Shown here: positions 19,180 to 27,735 of the stretch, piece after piece
Position numbering within the stretch: the first letter of the stretch is position 1
How the letters are laid out: the number at the start of each line of letters is the position of its first letter
DNA from: a virus
Taxonomy: Duplodnaviria; Heunggongvirae; Uroviricota; Caudoviricetes
Virus record (IMG/VR): IMGVR_UViG_2939147180_000005
Span: 1-38,436 of that record
DNA: 38,436 nucleotides
Strand: one strand, 5' to 3'
The notes under the pieces: generated by a model
The model's input: the letters and a program-made list of their open reading frames with translations, nothing else
Databases searched by the model: none
Told to the model about the DNA's origin: nothing
Translations under genes and position numbers: made by a program

Positions 19180-19440
19180 TCAATCGTCTTCAAAAGCAGA
19201 AAAGCCAGCTTTTAATCCAATTTCTTTTAATGTCCGTAATGATGTGACAAATTCATCTTCACGCAACATAAATCCGTCCGTCACATGCCCATTCAAGAGA
19301 TATATTAACATAGCCCCACTAGGCTGTTGCAAAGCCCGTGAGCAATGAATGCAGTAACAACTAATAATTTCCCCATTTTCAACGCGCACAGCATAGAGAC
19401 CATCTTTATTAAAAATTTTGCGCAACTTCTTGAAATCCAT
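19180..19440 (-). CDS. Hypothetical protein
   Basis: 86-aa ORF with ATG start; no motif recognised. Confidence 0.4.
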   Translation of the reverse strand: MDFKKLRKIFNKDGLYAVRVENGEIISCYCIHCSRALQQPSGAMLIYLLNGHVTDGFMLREDEFVTSLRTLKEIGLKAGFSAFEDD

Positions 19441-19595
19441 AAACAGAAATTTTCCAGATTAATAGCGTTCCCCTGAAGGGTCCATCCCTCTTCTCCCTGC
19501 GCGCTAACTAAGCAAACACGATTCTATTTACAACAGTCAGTCCCTCAAGACTTACGGCTAAAAGAGTACACAAAAAGCTAATTTATCCACCACAA

Positions 19596-19620
19596 CAAAA
19601 AACCCGCCGAAGCGGGTAAG
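19596..19620 (-). terminator. Intrinsic terminator downstream of hok
   Basis: Minus strand reads ACCCGC-TTCG-GCGGGT followed by TTTTTTGT. Confidence 0.5.
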
Positions 19621-19685
19621 TACGGGTGCGTTGAGGATGCCTGACACATCAGAGGTGGCGGGGGATTTCTCCCCCGCCGGGTCTC

Positions 19686-19841
19686 TTACTCCTCAGGTTC
19701 GTAAGCTGTGAAGACAGCGACCTCCGTCTGGCCGGTTCGGATTCGTACCTCGCAGAGGTCTTTCCTCGTTACCAGTGCCGTCACAACGACGGTTAAACAG
19801 ATGACGATCAGGGCGATTAACATCGCCTTTTGCTGCTTCAT
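19686..19841 (-). CDS. hokD: Hok/Gef-family type I toxin (HokD/RelF-like)
   Basis: Translation MKQQKAMLIALIVICLTVVVTALVTRKDLCEVRIRTGQTEVAVFTAYEPEE; missed by the 60-aa ORF cut-off; a stable GC hairpin (19655-19680) follows the stop. Confidence 0.85.
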   Translation of the reverse strand: MKQQKAMLIALIVICLTVVVTALVTRKDLCEVRIRTGQTEVAVFTAYEPEE

Positions 19842-19899
19842 AGCCTGCTTCTCCTTGACCTTTTGGTCGGTAAGAGGCTAATCTACGTATGCAAAGCAT
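19693..19899 (-). CDS. mok-like overlapping leader ORF (modulation of killing)
   Basis: 68-aa ORF in another frame overlapping all of hok, as in hok/mok/sok loci. Confidence 0.45.
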   Translation of the reverse strand: MLCIRRLASYRPKGQGEAGYEAAKGDVNRPDRHLFNRRCDGTGNEERPLRGTNPNRPDGGRCLHSLRT

Positions 19900-19960
19900 A
19901 GATGTGGCCTCAGATTAATGTTAAGCGTCTTGCCGGACGCGTAATGTTAACTGGGGCTTT
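19850..19960 (+). ncRNA. Probable Sok-like antisense RNA region (boundaries not determined)
   Basis: By analogy with hok/sok, the antitoxin RNA is antisense to the mok start region; TTGACC at 19856 is a possible -35; 5' and 3' ends not resolved. Confidence 0.25.
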
Positions 19961-20053
19961 TCTCTATCTGCCTTTGGTGTTCATGCCCGAGGCAGACAGC
20001 CTCAAGCACCCGCAGCTATTCTACTTAACTCCCGTTACCTCGCCAATATGAAA

Positions 20054-20158
20054 TCAATCAGAAAGGTGATCCATAAGAGCAATAGCAAGACCATAGATTG
20101 CCATTACAGCCGCTATAGCCAACGCACATTTCGTAACCAGCACGTTAACCTCCTGCAT
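20054..20158 (-). CDS. Small hydrophobic peptide (29-34 aa); candidate small membrane protein or type I toxin
   Basis: ATG-CAGGAGG-TTAAC-GTG: AGGAGG sits 5 nt before an in-frame GTG; product (M)LVTKCALAIAAVMAIYGLAIALMDHLSD is one TM helix. Confidence 0.3.
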   Translation of the reverse strand: MQEVNVLVTKCALAIAAVMAIYGLAIALMDHLSD

Positions 20159-20444
20159 TTGACACTCGCATGTGCTGATAAATATGTGGATGTCTCACTG
20201 GTGACTCAATAAAACTATTTGGTGTACTTAGTCTATTTTTTTTCTGTGCAACACAACAAACCGTCACCACCAGCACTTCCTAAATGCGCTGAGTCAGACA
20301 CAAGCCAACATTTTAGTCCGCTTTGAGCGAAGAGCGGACATTGATGCCCCCACAGGCTTTGAAAATATTCAATATAATCACTCCTTGAGTATAAGTTATG
20401 TAGCGGAGGAATACATCCGCTACTTTTTAATGTTATGACAGTAA

Positions 20445-23006
20445 TTAATATTTGAATCTTTTGTTTGGTATGATTTTCAGTTTTTTTGCTAAAGCCGTTA
20501 ACTTTCTTAAGCGCCACTTAAGGGTGGACTCAGTTAATCCTTCCCCTGCAATACCTTTAAAAATTTCATAACAAGGCTGACCAGCGTGTATTGCTTTCCA
20601 GAAATCCTCATAGCCGTCATCAAGTATTTGAGCTGTAAGTGCCTCATTAAGCTCTTCAATATTAGATACTGCTAAGTGCCCATCGACTAAAACACCAGCA
20701 TTATTTAAATCAGATTTTGCTTTAAGCGCTTCTTTTCCAGTAGGCTCTTTACCGTTCAGTATCAAGCTGGTAACTTCAATCATTTTAGCGTGAGATGTTA
20801 CAGGGAAGAAAAGCCCTTTATTTCCTGCCCTTAAGCCCGAAATTTTCTTAAGATTTCCTAACTCAGCTGTTGCATCATTATGCGACACATCTGAGGCAAT
20901 AATGCGACCTTCCCCATCAATTTCTATAATTTTTAGGGCAAGTAACCATGACTTTAAAATCGTAGAGTATAATCCCCATGTTTTCTCTGATGCCTCAATA
21001 AAAGGATAAGACTCAGAAAAATACGTGGGTATATCGCTCTCGAAAACTTTTTCTCCAGAAAGAATTTTTTTAAGTAAAGTCTCGACGAGTTGATTGTCTA
21101 AAATTTTTCGGCGTAGATAACCAGCAAGGGTTCCTTGAGAATATATATCCCTAACATTGGTTGGAATTATCCATTCACCACTTTTAACTGCATCAAGCAA
21201 GTCTAAATTCCGCAATTCCTTAACGAGATTAAATGCGTAACCTTCCCTTACATTTAGGTTTTCCGTTATTTTTGTAATTGTCAGCTTTCTCATTGTTATC
21301 AGTTTATGAAACTGGGATATAACAGAGCTTGGATACATTCTATAAATAACCAGCAGTCTAAATTCAGGAAGCTTTTGGTAGACAAGATATTCTTTGAAAA
21401 CATCGTTATAAGTATCATAGGTAGAACCACTCAAGCGTACCAATCTGTAAGCTGTTAACTTATCGAGGACTTTTACAAGCATTGGGTCTTCGTCAAATTG
21501 GTATTGAAGCTCATTGAAATCTGCTGGTAGCTTAGCTGCAATCTTAACTAGATAATCTTTTTCAATCTCATCCAAACCTTCAAGCTCTTCTTCAAAAAGG
21601 TCGTTCAGTTTTAAGCCCGCACTGATTAAATCCCTCTGAGAGTCACCTTTTCGAGTGAGTTTTAAAACATGAGCTATCGTTCTCTTTAAAAGCCAAGGAA
21701 AACCCTGCGCAAATTCAATAATATAGGGTAGTATTTCTTTACTGAGAATATTAGAGTTATTTTCATTTATTTTTTCTAAAAGAAGTATTGATTCTTTGTT
21801 TTCAAAATCCGGAAGAGTAAAGCTTTTCGATAGCTGATTAATTCTATTAAGAGAAACTTTACTGTTGTCATAGGTTGTTAGCTGATCATTTTTACGCGCA
21901 AACACTATGTATACACCACCACGAAGCTTTGTTATTGAGTTCGCAATGTATTCATAGCAATCGAAAATGTCAGGATTCGAGAATGTAGATTCAAATTGGT
22001 CAACAAAGAAAACTGCCTTTTGGCCATTTAGTGAAAGTTGCAAGTCTTTCAGTTGTTCATCAAGTTCTATAAAATTAGTCGCAATAATGCTGCTTTGGGT
22101 AAACCTCTGAACAAGATAAAAAACATCATATATTGTTTTTACATCCCTTGAGTCATGTAATTCAGTAATAACCCCATCCATTGAGAGCTTGTTTTCTAAA
22201 AAGGATACAAGAGAGCTTTTTCCTACTCCAGAGCGACTTTTTATCTGAAGAACATGTGGTAGCTCATTATGTTTGATGTGAGAAAGAAGTTCACCTATGA
22301 ATTCAGTCCTGCCAACGAACACAGTTGGCCCTGCAGGTAGCCTATAGTCAGCCCATTCAGTCCCAACAGTTAATCCTCGAACTATTTCACGCTTTACTTG
22401 AGGCATTTCGTCAACTATTTTTTTCTTGCTAGGCATAATGAAATCCAAACCAGCAAGTTCTGAAATCCCTATTTTTAAATTTTCCAAAAATCTTTCATCA
22501 TCAATTTGGCTGCCACTTTTATTGAATACCACAAAATTTGATGGCGTTCCTGAATTTACCTCTTTTAAAATAAATAACTTATACAACCCCGTATCAGTCT
22601 TGAGAATGTTTGGGGCCACAAGGTCATAACCTTTAATTTCCTTATGTAGAGATGTTTCAGTCGGCAAATGCAAAGTCGCAGTTATTTGGTTATAAAGTTC
22701 CTTTCCTACCTTTGTCGTTAACCCCATATTTTCGACAGTTCGAAAATAATCTTCCGCCTCCGGTGTTAATGGTGATAATGACAGAAATAATCCATGCACC
22801 TTTTTTTCCAGAAGACCTAGCGGCAAAAGCTTTCCAACGAACGCAGCAACTGTTTGTCCACTCATGCTTTTGCTGTGTGCTTTAGCTTCGCCAATAATCT
22901 TTTGGCCAGTTGCTCTAGAGAATCCTTCAATGTCGTACTCTAAACTAGATTCTTTTTTCCTTAACTCAATGTCGTATCCAGAGCCTTCCAAGTATTCTTT
23001 TAACAA
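20445..23006 (-). CDS. Mrr-like PD-(D/E)xK nuclease fused to a STAND-type P-loop NTPase with a C-terminal helical domain; candidate antiphage defence protein
   Basis: 853-aa ORF, AT-rich. N-terminus …YDIEG…IIGEAKAHSK (D…ExK); P-loop HVLQIKSRSGVGKSSL; Walker B AVFFVDQFE; GxP-like AQGFPWLL; ~400-aa C-terminal region without recognised motifs. Start is TTG at 23006; no upstream ATG. Confidence 0.6.
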   Translation of the reverse strand: MLKEYLEGSGYDIELRKKESSLEYDIEGFSRATGQKIIGEAKAHSKSMSGQTVAAFVGKLLPLGLLEKKVHGLFLSLSPLTPEAEDYFRTVENMGLTTKVGKELYNQITATLHLPTETSLHKEIKGYDLVAPNILKTDTGLYKLFILKEVNSGTPSNFVVFNKSGSQIDDERFLENLKIGISELAGLDFIMPSKKKIVDEMPQVKREIVRGLTVGTEWADYRLPAGPTVFVGRTEFIGELLSHIKHNELPHVLQIKSRSGVGKSSLVSFLENKLSMDGVITELHDSRDVKTIYDVFYLVQRFTQSSIIATNFIELDEQLKDLQLSLNGQKAVFFVDQFESTFSNPDIFDCYEYIANSITKLRGGVYIVFARKNDQLTTYDNSKVSLNRINQLSKSFTLPDFENKESILLLEKINENNSNILSKEILPYIIEFAQGFPWLLKRTIAHVLKLTRKGDSQRDLISAGLKLNDLFEEELEGLDEIEKDYLVKIAAKLPADFNELQYQFDEDPMLVKVLDKLTAYRLVRLSGSTYDTYNDVFKEYLVYQKLPEFRLLVIYRMYPSSVISQFHKLITMRKLTITKITENLNVREGYAFNLVKELRNLDLLDAVKSGEWIIPTNVRDIYSQGTLAGYLRRKILDNQLVETLLKKILSGEKVFESDIPTYFSESYPFIEASEKTWGLYSTILKSWLLALKIIEIDGEGRIIASDVSHNDATAELGNLKKISGLRAGNKGLFFPVTSHAKMIEVTSLILNGKEPTGKEALKAKSDLNNAGVLVDGHLAVSNIEELNEALTAQILDDGYEDFWKAIHAGQPCYEIFKGIAGEGLTESTLKWRLRKLTALAKKLKIIPNKRFKY

Positions 23007-23350
23007 CTCTTCAAAAAGTAACCCCTTGTAATAACTAGTGTTTTTTCAGTTTGTTCAGAGTGAAAAAATAAAAACATTAAACAACTCCATGTAACTATTA
23101 TTGATGAGTTATAACGCTCATTAAATTGGTCAAACCGCACTTAAAACGTGGCTTCCCCATACTAGAAAATCTACTATAAAGAGGATTACATTGCACCTTT
23201 AAATTTTAGAGATTTATAAGTGAGACTAATAATCTCGCACTGTATAATCGCAGGGTAACACATCTTTCAAGCGCCTAGGTGCTCAGATATAAGCCAGATA
23301 TTAATATAGTGCTCACTATTCCTCGAAAGACCTAGAATGACCGCTTCCGG

Positions 23351-24556
23351 CTGTGAGTTCAATCAGTGGATGCAACGCTATCCTTAATCAAGGGGGACGT
23401 TGCCATGAAACGAAGAACTCGGATTAACTACACGCCAGAGCAGAAGGCAATTATCTGGGACAGATATAAGCAAGGTGATTCTCTCCATGATATCGCCAGA
23501 ATGTTCGACAGATATCATTCTTCCATTATGCCCACTATCCACCAGACAGGGAGCTACCGTCCTCCCGTGCGAAAACGGTACCGATTAGCGCTTTCGCTTG
23601 ATAAAAGAGAGGAGATATCCAGAGGAGTGGTAGCAAAACTCAGTATCAGGGACATCGCCGCCAAATTATCAAAAGCGCCTTCAACGATTAGCCGCGAGGT
23701 CAGGAGGCACGGAGGTGCCAAACAATACCGTGCAGCAAAAGCCGATACTGCTGCATGGGAAAATGCTCTGAGACCAAAACCTTGCAAGCTAATTGAAAGC
23801 CCACATTGTGTAAAATCATTGCAGAGAAGATGCATCAGGACTAGTCGCCGGAACAGATCGCCGGCTGGCTGAAACGCTGTTATCCGGATAATCAGGAAAT
23901 GCATGTGTCACACGAAACGATTTATAAAACGCTTTTTATACAAACCCGGGGTGCATTAAAAAAAGAACTGCAGCAATGCCTCAGAAGCGGAAGAGCGGTT
24001 CGTAGATCCAGAACATCATCGCTTAAAGGGAAAGGGTTAGGGTCAATCCCAGATACGATACCAATAAGCGAAAGGCCACCTGAAGTTGCAGACAGAGCCA
24101 TACCGTGTCACTGGGAAGGTGACCTGATCCAGTGCTCGAAAAACTCCTTTATCGTCACCCTCGTAGAACGCCATTCCCGCTTTGTTATGCTGGCAAAAAT
24201 CAGAGACAACAAGACCATAACGGTTATATCTGCACTCATCAGACAAGCCCGGGAATTACCTGTTGAGCTTTATAAAACACTAACATGGGACCGGGGCGCT
24301 GAAATGACCAGCCATACCCGGTTTACTGTAGCGACAGATATTCAGATTTATTTCTGTGATCATCAATCTCCATGGCAACGCGGCTCAAATGAAAATACAA
24401 ACAGATTACTCAGACAGTATTTTCCAAAAGGAACTGACTTATCAGTTCACACAGTGTTGCCAGACAGCTCAACGAGCGGCCAAGAAAAACGCTAGACTAC
24501 GAATCACCCGCAGAACGGTTCAATAAGTGTCTTGCGTCCATCAGTTTAACTCACAG
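23351..24556 (+). mobile_element. IS30-family insertion sequence with decayed transposase
   Basis: Imperfect terminal inverted repeats CTGTGAGTTCAATCAGTGGATGCAACGC (23351-) and CTGTGAGTTAAACTGA on the opposite strand (-24556); internal ORFs are homologous to IS30 transposase. Confidence 0.7.
23366..24495 (+). pseudogene. IS30-family transposase, disrupted by a frameshift near 23806-23810, an in-frame TAG at 23842-23844 and a C-terminal frameshift
   Basis: N-terminal HTH part (23366-23872) and DDE catalytic part (23899-24495, …HWEGDL…TWDRG…QSPWQRGSNENTN…) are in different frames; the bridging frame reads …KIIAEKMHQD*SPEQIAGWL… where IS30 has Trp. Confidence 0.75.
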
Positions 24557-24689
24557 CGAAAAGCAGAAGTTCAAAATTTTTCATAACGACTGATGAGAAC
24601 AACTCCAATTATCAAGTTTACTGGTACCTCTGCCAAGCGTACTTAGAGGTCTATGTCTAAACCACCCGCCATGCAGGTGGTTGATTTAC

Positions 24690-26294
24690 CTAATTAGGCC
24701 TTGCTTGAATCGCAGACTCTATAGCTTCTCGGAATTCCGGAGCATCACTTCTTAATCGATAATCATCAAGTGTATTGAATATTTCTAGAAGTTCTTTACG
24801 ATAATACGGCGATGCCAAATTACCTTCGCCTCTAGTTGTGAAAATTAATAATGAGTCAGCGACGTCTTTTAATTTTTTATTCCTTTTCAATCTAATGTAA
24901 CAAGACACAATTATACCAAGAATATCTTTCCTAGATTTCAAAGTGAGTTTTGAATTAGGCAAAACCAACTCCAACATAGCACCAAGTAATTTGGTAGCCT
25001 CTTTTGAAATATAATGAAGATCGAAATTTTCTGTTTCTTTATTTTCTTGAAGGATGTCCCTTTCATCTATCCATTCGCATTGTTCTGCCCAATTTATAGC
25101 GATGCTAAATAAATGACAGAGAAGGAAGTGAAAAGGTGTTTCCCATTCACCACTATATTCATTCGACTGCCTATTCATATTCTTTATGATTTTCTTTGCA
25201 AAATGTGTATAGTAATGCAGCCATAAATGATCCTGAAGCCCCTGATGAATACCTTCATGAACCATGATTTCAAACAGCGTGATCCCAGAGTAAATAGGAC
25301 ATTTATACTTCGAAACATCTGAATAAGAACCTAAAGATTTATTAAGTGTAGCAATAATTTTTTCATCTTCATCTAACCTCCAGTAGATATATTCACCGAT
25401 GTCACGGTATATTGCTAAATCAGCCGCAAACTTAGCATTGGAAAAGAAAAAATGTAATATACGATTGTTTTTCGGGATCAACAAACGATGCCCTCGACTA
25501 ACGTTAAGATTATTTTTAAGCTCAACATATAGACGACTGTTAGGTGAATCTAGTAATGCACTGATAAAATTAGAAGTAAAGTCAGAACGAACTATTGGTT
25601 CGATCTTGATTAACTCAAGGCAGAGGGATGGGTGCGCAAGTGCAAAGTGATTGGTAAGTTCAGGTGATGAGACAATATTTAATAATGCTTCATGTGCATA
25701 TTCGGCAGCAGTCTCGCGATTAGAGATGCGGAGATTGTTAGCTATCTTATCACAAAGTCGATTCTTCACCGGACTATCAATTATTGATATCAACTTTTCT
25801 AGTTGAGGTGCCAACAATTGTGCCAGATCATCGTATCGTTTAGTAAGGTGCAAATTTTCCACTAACTCTAGAAATATTCCTGTTCTTCCAACTGAAAGTT
25901 TAGGTTTTTTTAAGCGAAATAAAATGTAAATAGCAACTGCGAGTGATATCAGGTATACGGCACTTGAACTATCTAATCCCCATTTCCAGGGGCCAAAACT
26001 AAAATATAAGTCTAGTGATTTTAAAGCTGGTGCAAACACCAAATAATTGCTTAGTAAGAATGCGAAACCAACAATTGCCCAATCCCACCACGCCAGGCAG
26101 AACCTCAAACGTAGTCGAGCGTTTGGAGTAATAAGGGCCCATACGGCAGCAATAACGCCCAGTATGGTAAGTAGACTTGAAGTATCAATTTTGGTTGGCG
26201 GTGTCATAATTTCTCTTGTAATCATGGTTTGATGTACATCGGAATGGCTTAACATGATAAGGCTCTTTGTATTATAAATCAGAACATTATGCAC
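24690..26294 (-). CDS. Membrane-anchored protein of unknown function (N-terminal TM helices plus ~430-aa cytoplasmic domain)
   Basis: 534-aa AT-rich ORF; hydrophobic helices in …LLTILGVIAAVWALI… / …WAIVGFAFLLSNYLVFAPAL… / …VYLISLAVAIYILF…; start ambiguous (GTG 26294, ATG 26255, or ATG 26207 with AAGAGA RBS). Confidence 0.6.
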   Translation of the reverse strand: MHNVLIYNTKSLIMLSHSDVHQTMITREIMTPPTKIDTSSLLTILGVIAAVWALITPNARLRLRFCLAWWDWAIVGFAFLLSNYLVFAPALKSLDLYFSFGPWKWGLDSSSAVYLISLAVAIYILFRLKKPKLSVGRTGIFLELVENLHLTKRYDDLAQLLAPQLEKLISIIDSPVKNRLCDKIANNLRISNRETAAEYAHEALLNIVSSPELTNHFALAHPSLCLELIKIEPIVRSDFTSNFISALLDSPNSRLYVELKNNLNVSRGHRLLIPKNNRILHFFFSNAKFAADLAIYRDIGEYIYWRLDEDEKIIATLNKSLGSYSDVSKYKCPIYSGITLFEIMVHEGIHQGLQDHLWLHYYTHFAKKIIKNMNRQSNEYSGEWETPFHFLLCHLFSIAINWAEQCEWIDERDILQENKETENFDLHYISKEATKLLGAMLELVLPNSKLTLKSRKDILGIIVSCYIRLKRNKKLKDVADSLLIFTTRGEGNLASPYYRKELLEIFNTLDDYRLRSDAPEFREAIESAIQARPN

Positions 26295-26576
26295 ACGGTT
26301 AACAATACCCTCAAAATGGCATTAATTAAATGGACACTACTTGTCCACTCAGTTTTTTTAGTCGGCTTTTTCCGACTAACGTTTGGATGTCCTATTGAAA
26401 TTACGCGCCTTACATGAGCAACACTGCAACTGCATGTTTATCATAGGGATTGTGCTAATCAAATTACTGAAGCTTAAGGTCCGCCCCTGGCACAAAACAG
26501 ACAACCACGCTAGCCGTATCCTGTGCCATGAAACTGTCAATTCACATATGAATTAGTGGTCTTTAATCTCGTCACT

Positions 26577-26993
26577 TCAATAAATACCAACATTCCCCTG
26601 ATAAAATGCTAATACACGCTGCATAACTTCACTCTTCCGGCACTCGCGACAAATTATGTTCTGACACCTGTCGTAGCGGCGTATTTCTCCGTCTGGTAAT
26701 GACCAGATAAGGTCAGGATCAACCATAACCGGTTCCTTCGACTTTGCCCTCGAGAGTTTTTTGCGGGCGTTTTGCCAGTCTTGACGTGCCTGCTCAGACG
26801 GAAATAACCCATAGCCAGAGTTGTATACGTCACCACTCGAAACCAGCTCTTTGGCGAGAATACTTATCAGATATCTGGTTGCCCCTGTTTTAGCTTCCAG
26901 TTGTCGTAACGTCTCTCGCCCGCTCTGGCGTACGAGATCAACAATCTGCCCTTTAATTTTTTCTCGCTCTTCCTGTGTTAATACTTTTGCCAT
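26577..26993 (-). CDS. Hypothetical protein, possible DNA-binding
   Basis: Start at MAKVLTQEEREK… with AGGGGAGGG RBS; C-terminal CQNIICRECRK cysteine cluster. Confidence 0.5.
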   Translation of the reverse strand: MAKVLTQEEREKIKGQIVDLVRQSGRETLRQLEAKTGATRYLISILAKELVSSGDVYNSGYGLFPSEQARQDWQNARKKLSRAKSKEPVMVDPDLIWSLPDGEIRRYDRCQNIICRECRKSEVMQRVLAFYQGNVGIY

Positions 26994-27009
26994 AAGCCCT
27001 CCCCTGGAA

Positions 27010-27735
27010 TCACTTTTCCGACACAATACGACTGGAGGAATCGACAATCTGACGGACAATGTCCTGGTGCTTGTTCAGCTCACGCAGCGCGGCGCAGACT
27101 CGCTCCCACTTCTGGACATGACTTTTCGCCCGGCGCAGTTCGCGGTTTGCCATTTGCAGCGATGGTAAAATCAGGTCATTGGCTCGCGTTTCAGTGAACG
27201 ATGGTAGTGACTGCACAATGTCCCCCACAGTATCTGTTTTAATTTCTTCCTGTGTTGCCGCTTCCTGTACTGGTAACGCAACACCGGCTGGCTGAGGAAA
27301 GCCTTTACCAGGTGTTTTAACTACCGATACAACTTTCGGCTCTGCTGGTAAATTACCGTCCGGCAGGCAGTAATGAAATTTACCGTTCTGATTTACGCGA
27401 ATCAGACGACCTTTGCTGATGGCCATAGCCAGCGATGAGTTCACCCTGCGGGAAGTAATTCTGAATATCAGTGCAAGTTCATCAGCCGCTTTAGGGCCAT
27501 GCTGTTCAATCGCCTCGATCAGCATTTGCGCTGTCACTTTAGAAGCCTGTGCCACAGATGCGTTTTCGTCGGTTTGAGTCAACCACCACATCGGGCCCTT
27601 GTTATCAGCTTCCCCGCGACGCTTCAGTTTCCACAGCTCGTTAATCGCCTCATCCCGGGTCATTCCCAGACGTGCTGCCACTTCCTGGGAAGAGGCTTTT
27701 CCCATTGCTTTCAGTGCGTCAAAAACGGTCTCCAT
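27010..27735 (-). CDS. Prophage protein downstream of the DnaC-like gene (YdaW/DUF1627-like)
   Basis: Start METVFDALKAMGK… with GGGAGG RBS; N-terminal HTH-like region; family from memory. Confidence 0.45.
   Translation of the reverse strand: METVFDALKAMGKASSQEVAARLGMTRDEAINELWKLKRRGEADNKGPMWWLTQTDENASVAQASKVTAQMLIEAIEQHGPKAADELALIFRITSRRVNSSLAMAISKGRLIRVNQNGKFHYCLPDGNLPAEPKVVSVVKTPGKGFPQPAGVALPVQEAATQEEIKTDTVGDIVQSLPSFTETRANDLILPSLQMANRELRRAKSHVQKWERVCAALRELNKHQDIVRQIVDSSSRIVSEK

Noticed and set aside
20233-20517. 94-aa ORF overlapping the 3' end of the 853-aa gene
   Set aside because: Overlaps the large gene's stop region and a terminator hairpin in another frame; likely spurious.
26357-26382. 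8-bp stem hairpin TTAGTCGG…CCGACTAA upstream of the membrane-protein gene
   Set aside because: The T-run precedes rather than follows the hairpin on the plus strand and an A-run follows on the minus strand, so it is not a canonical terminator in either direction.
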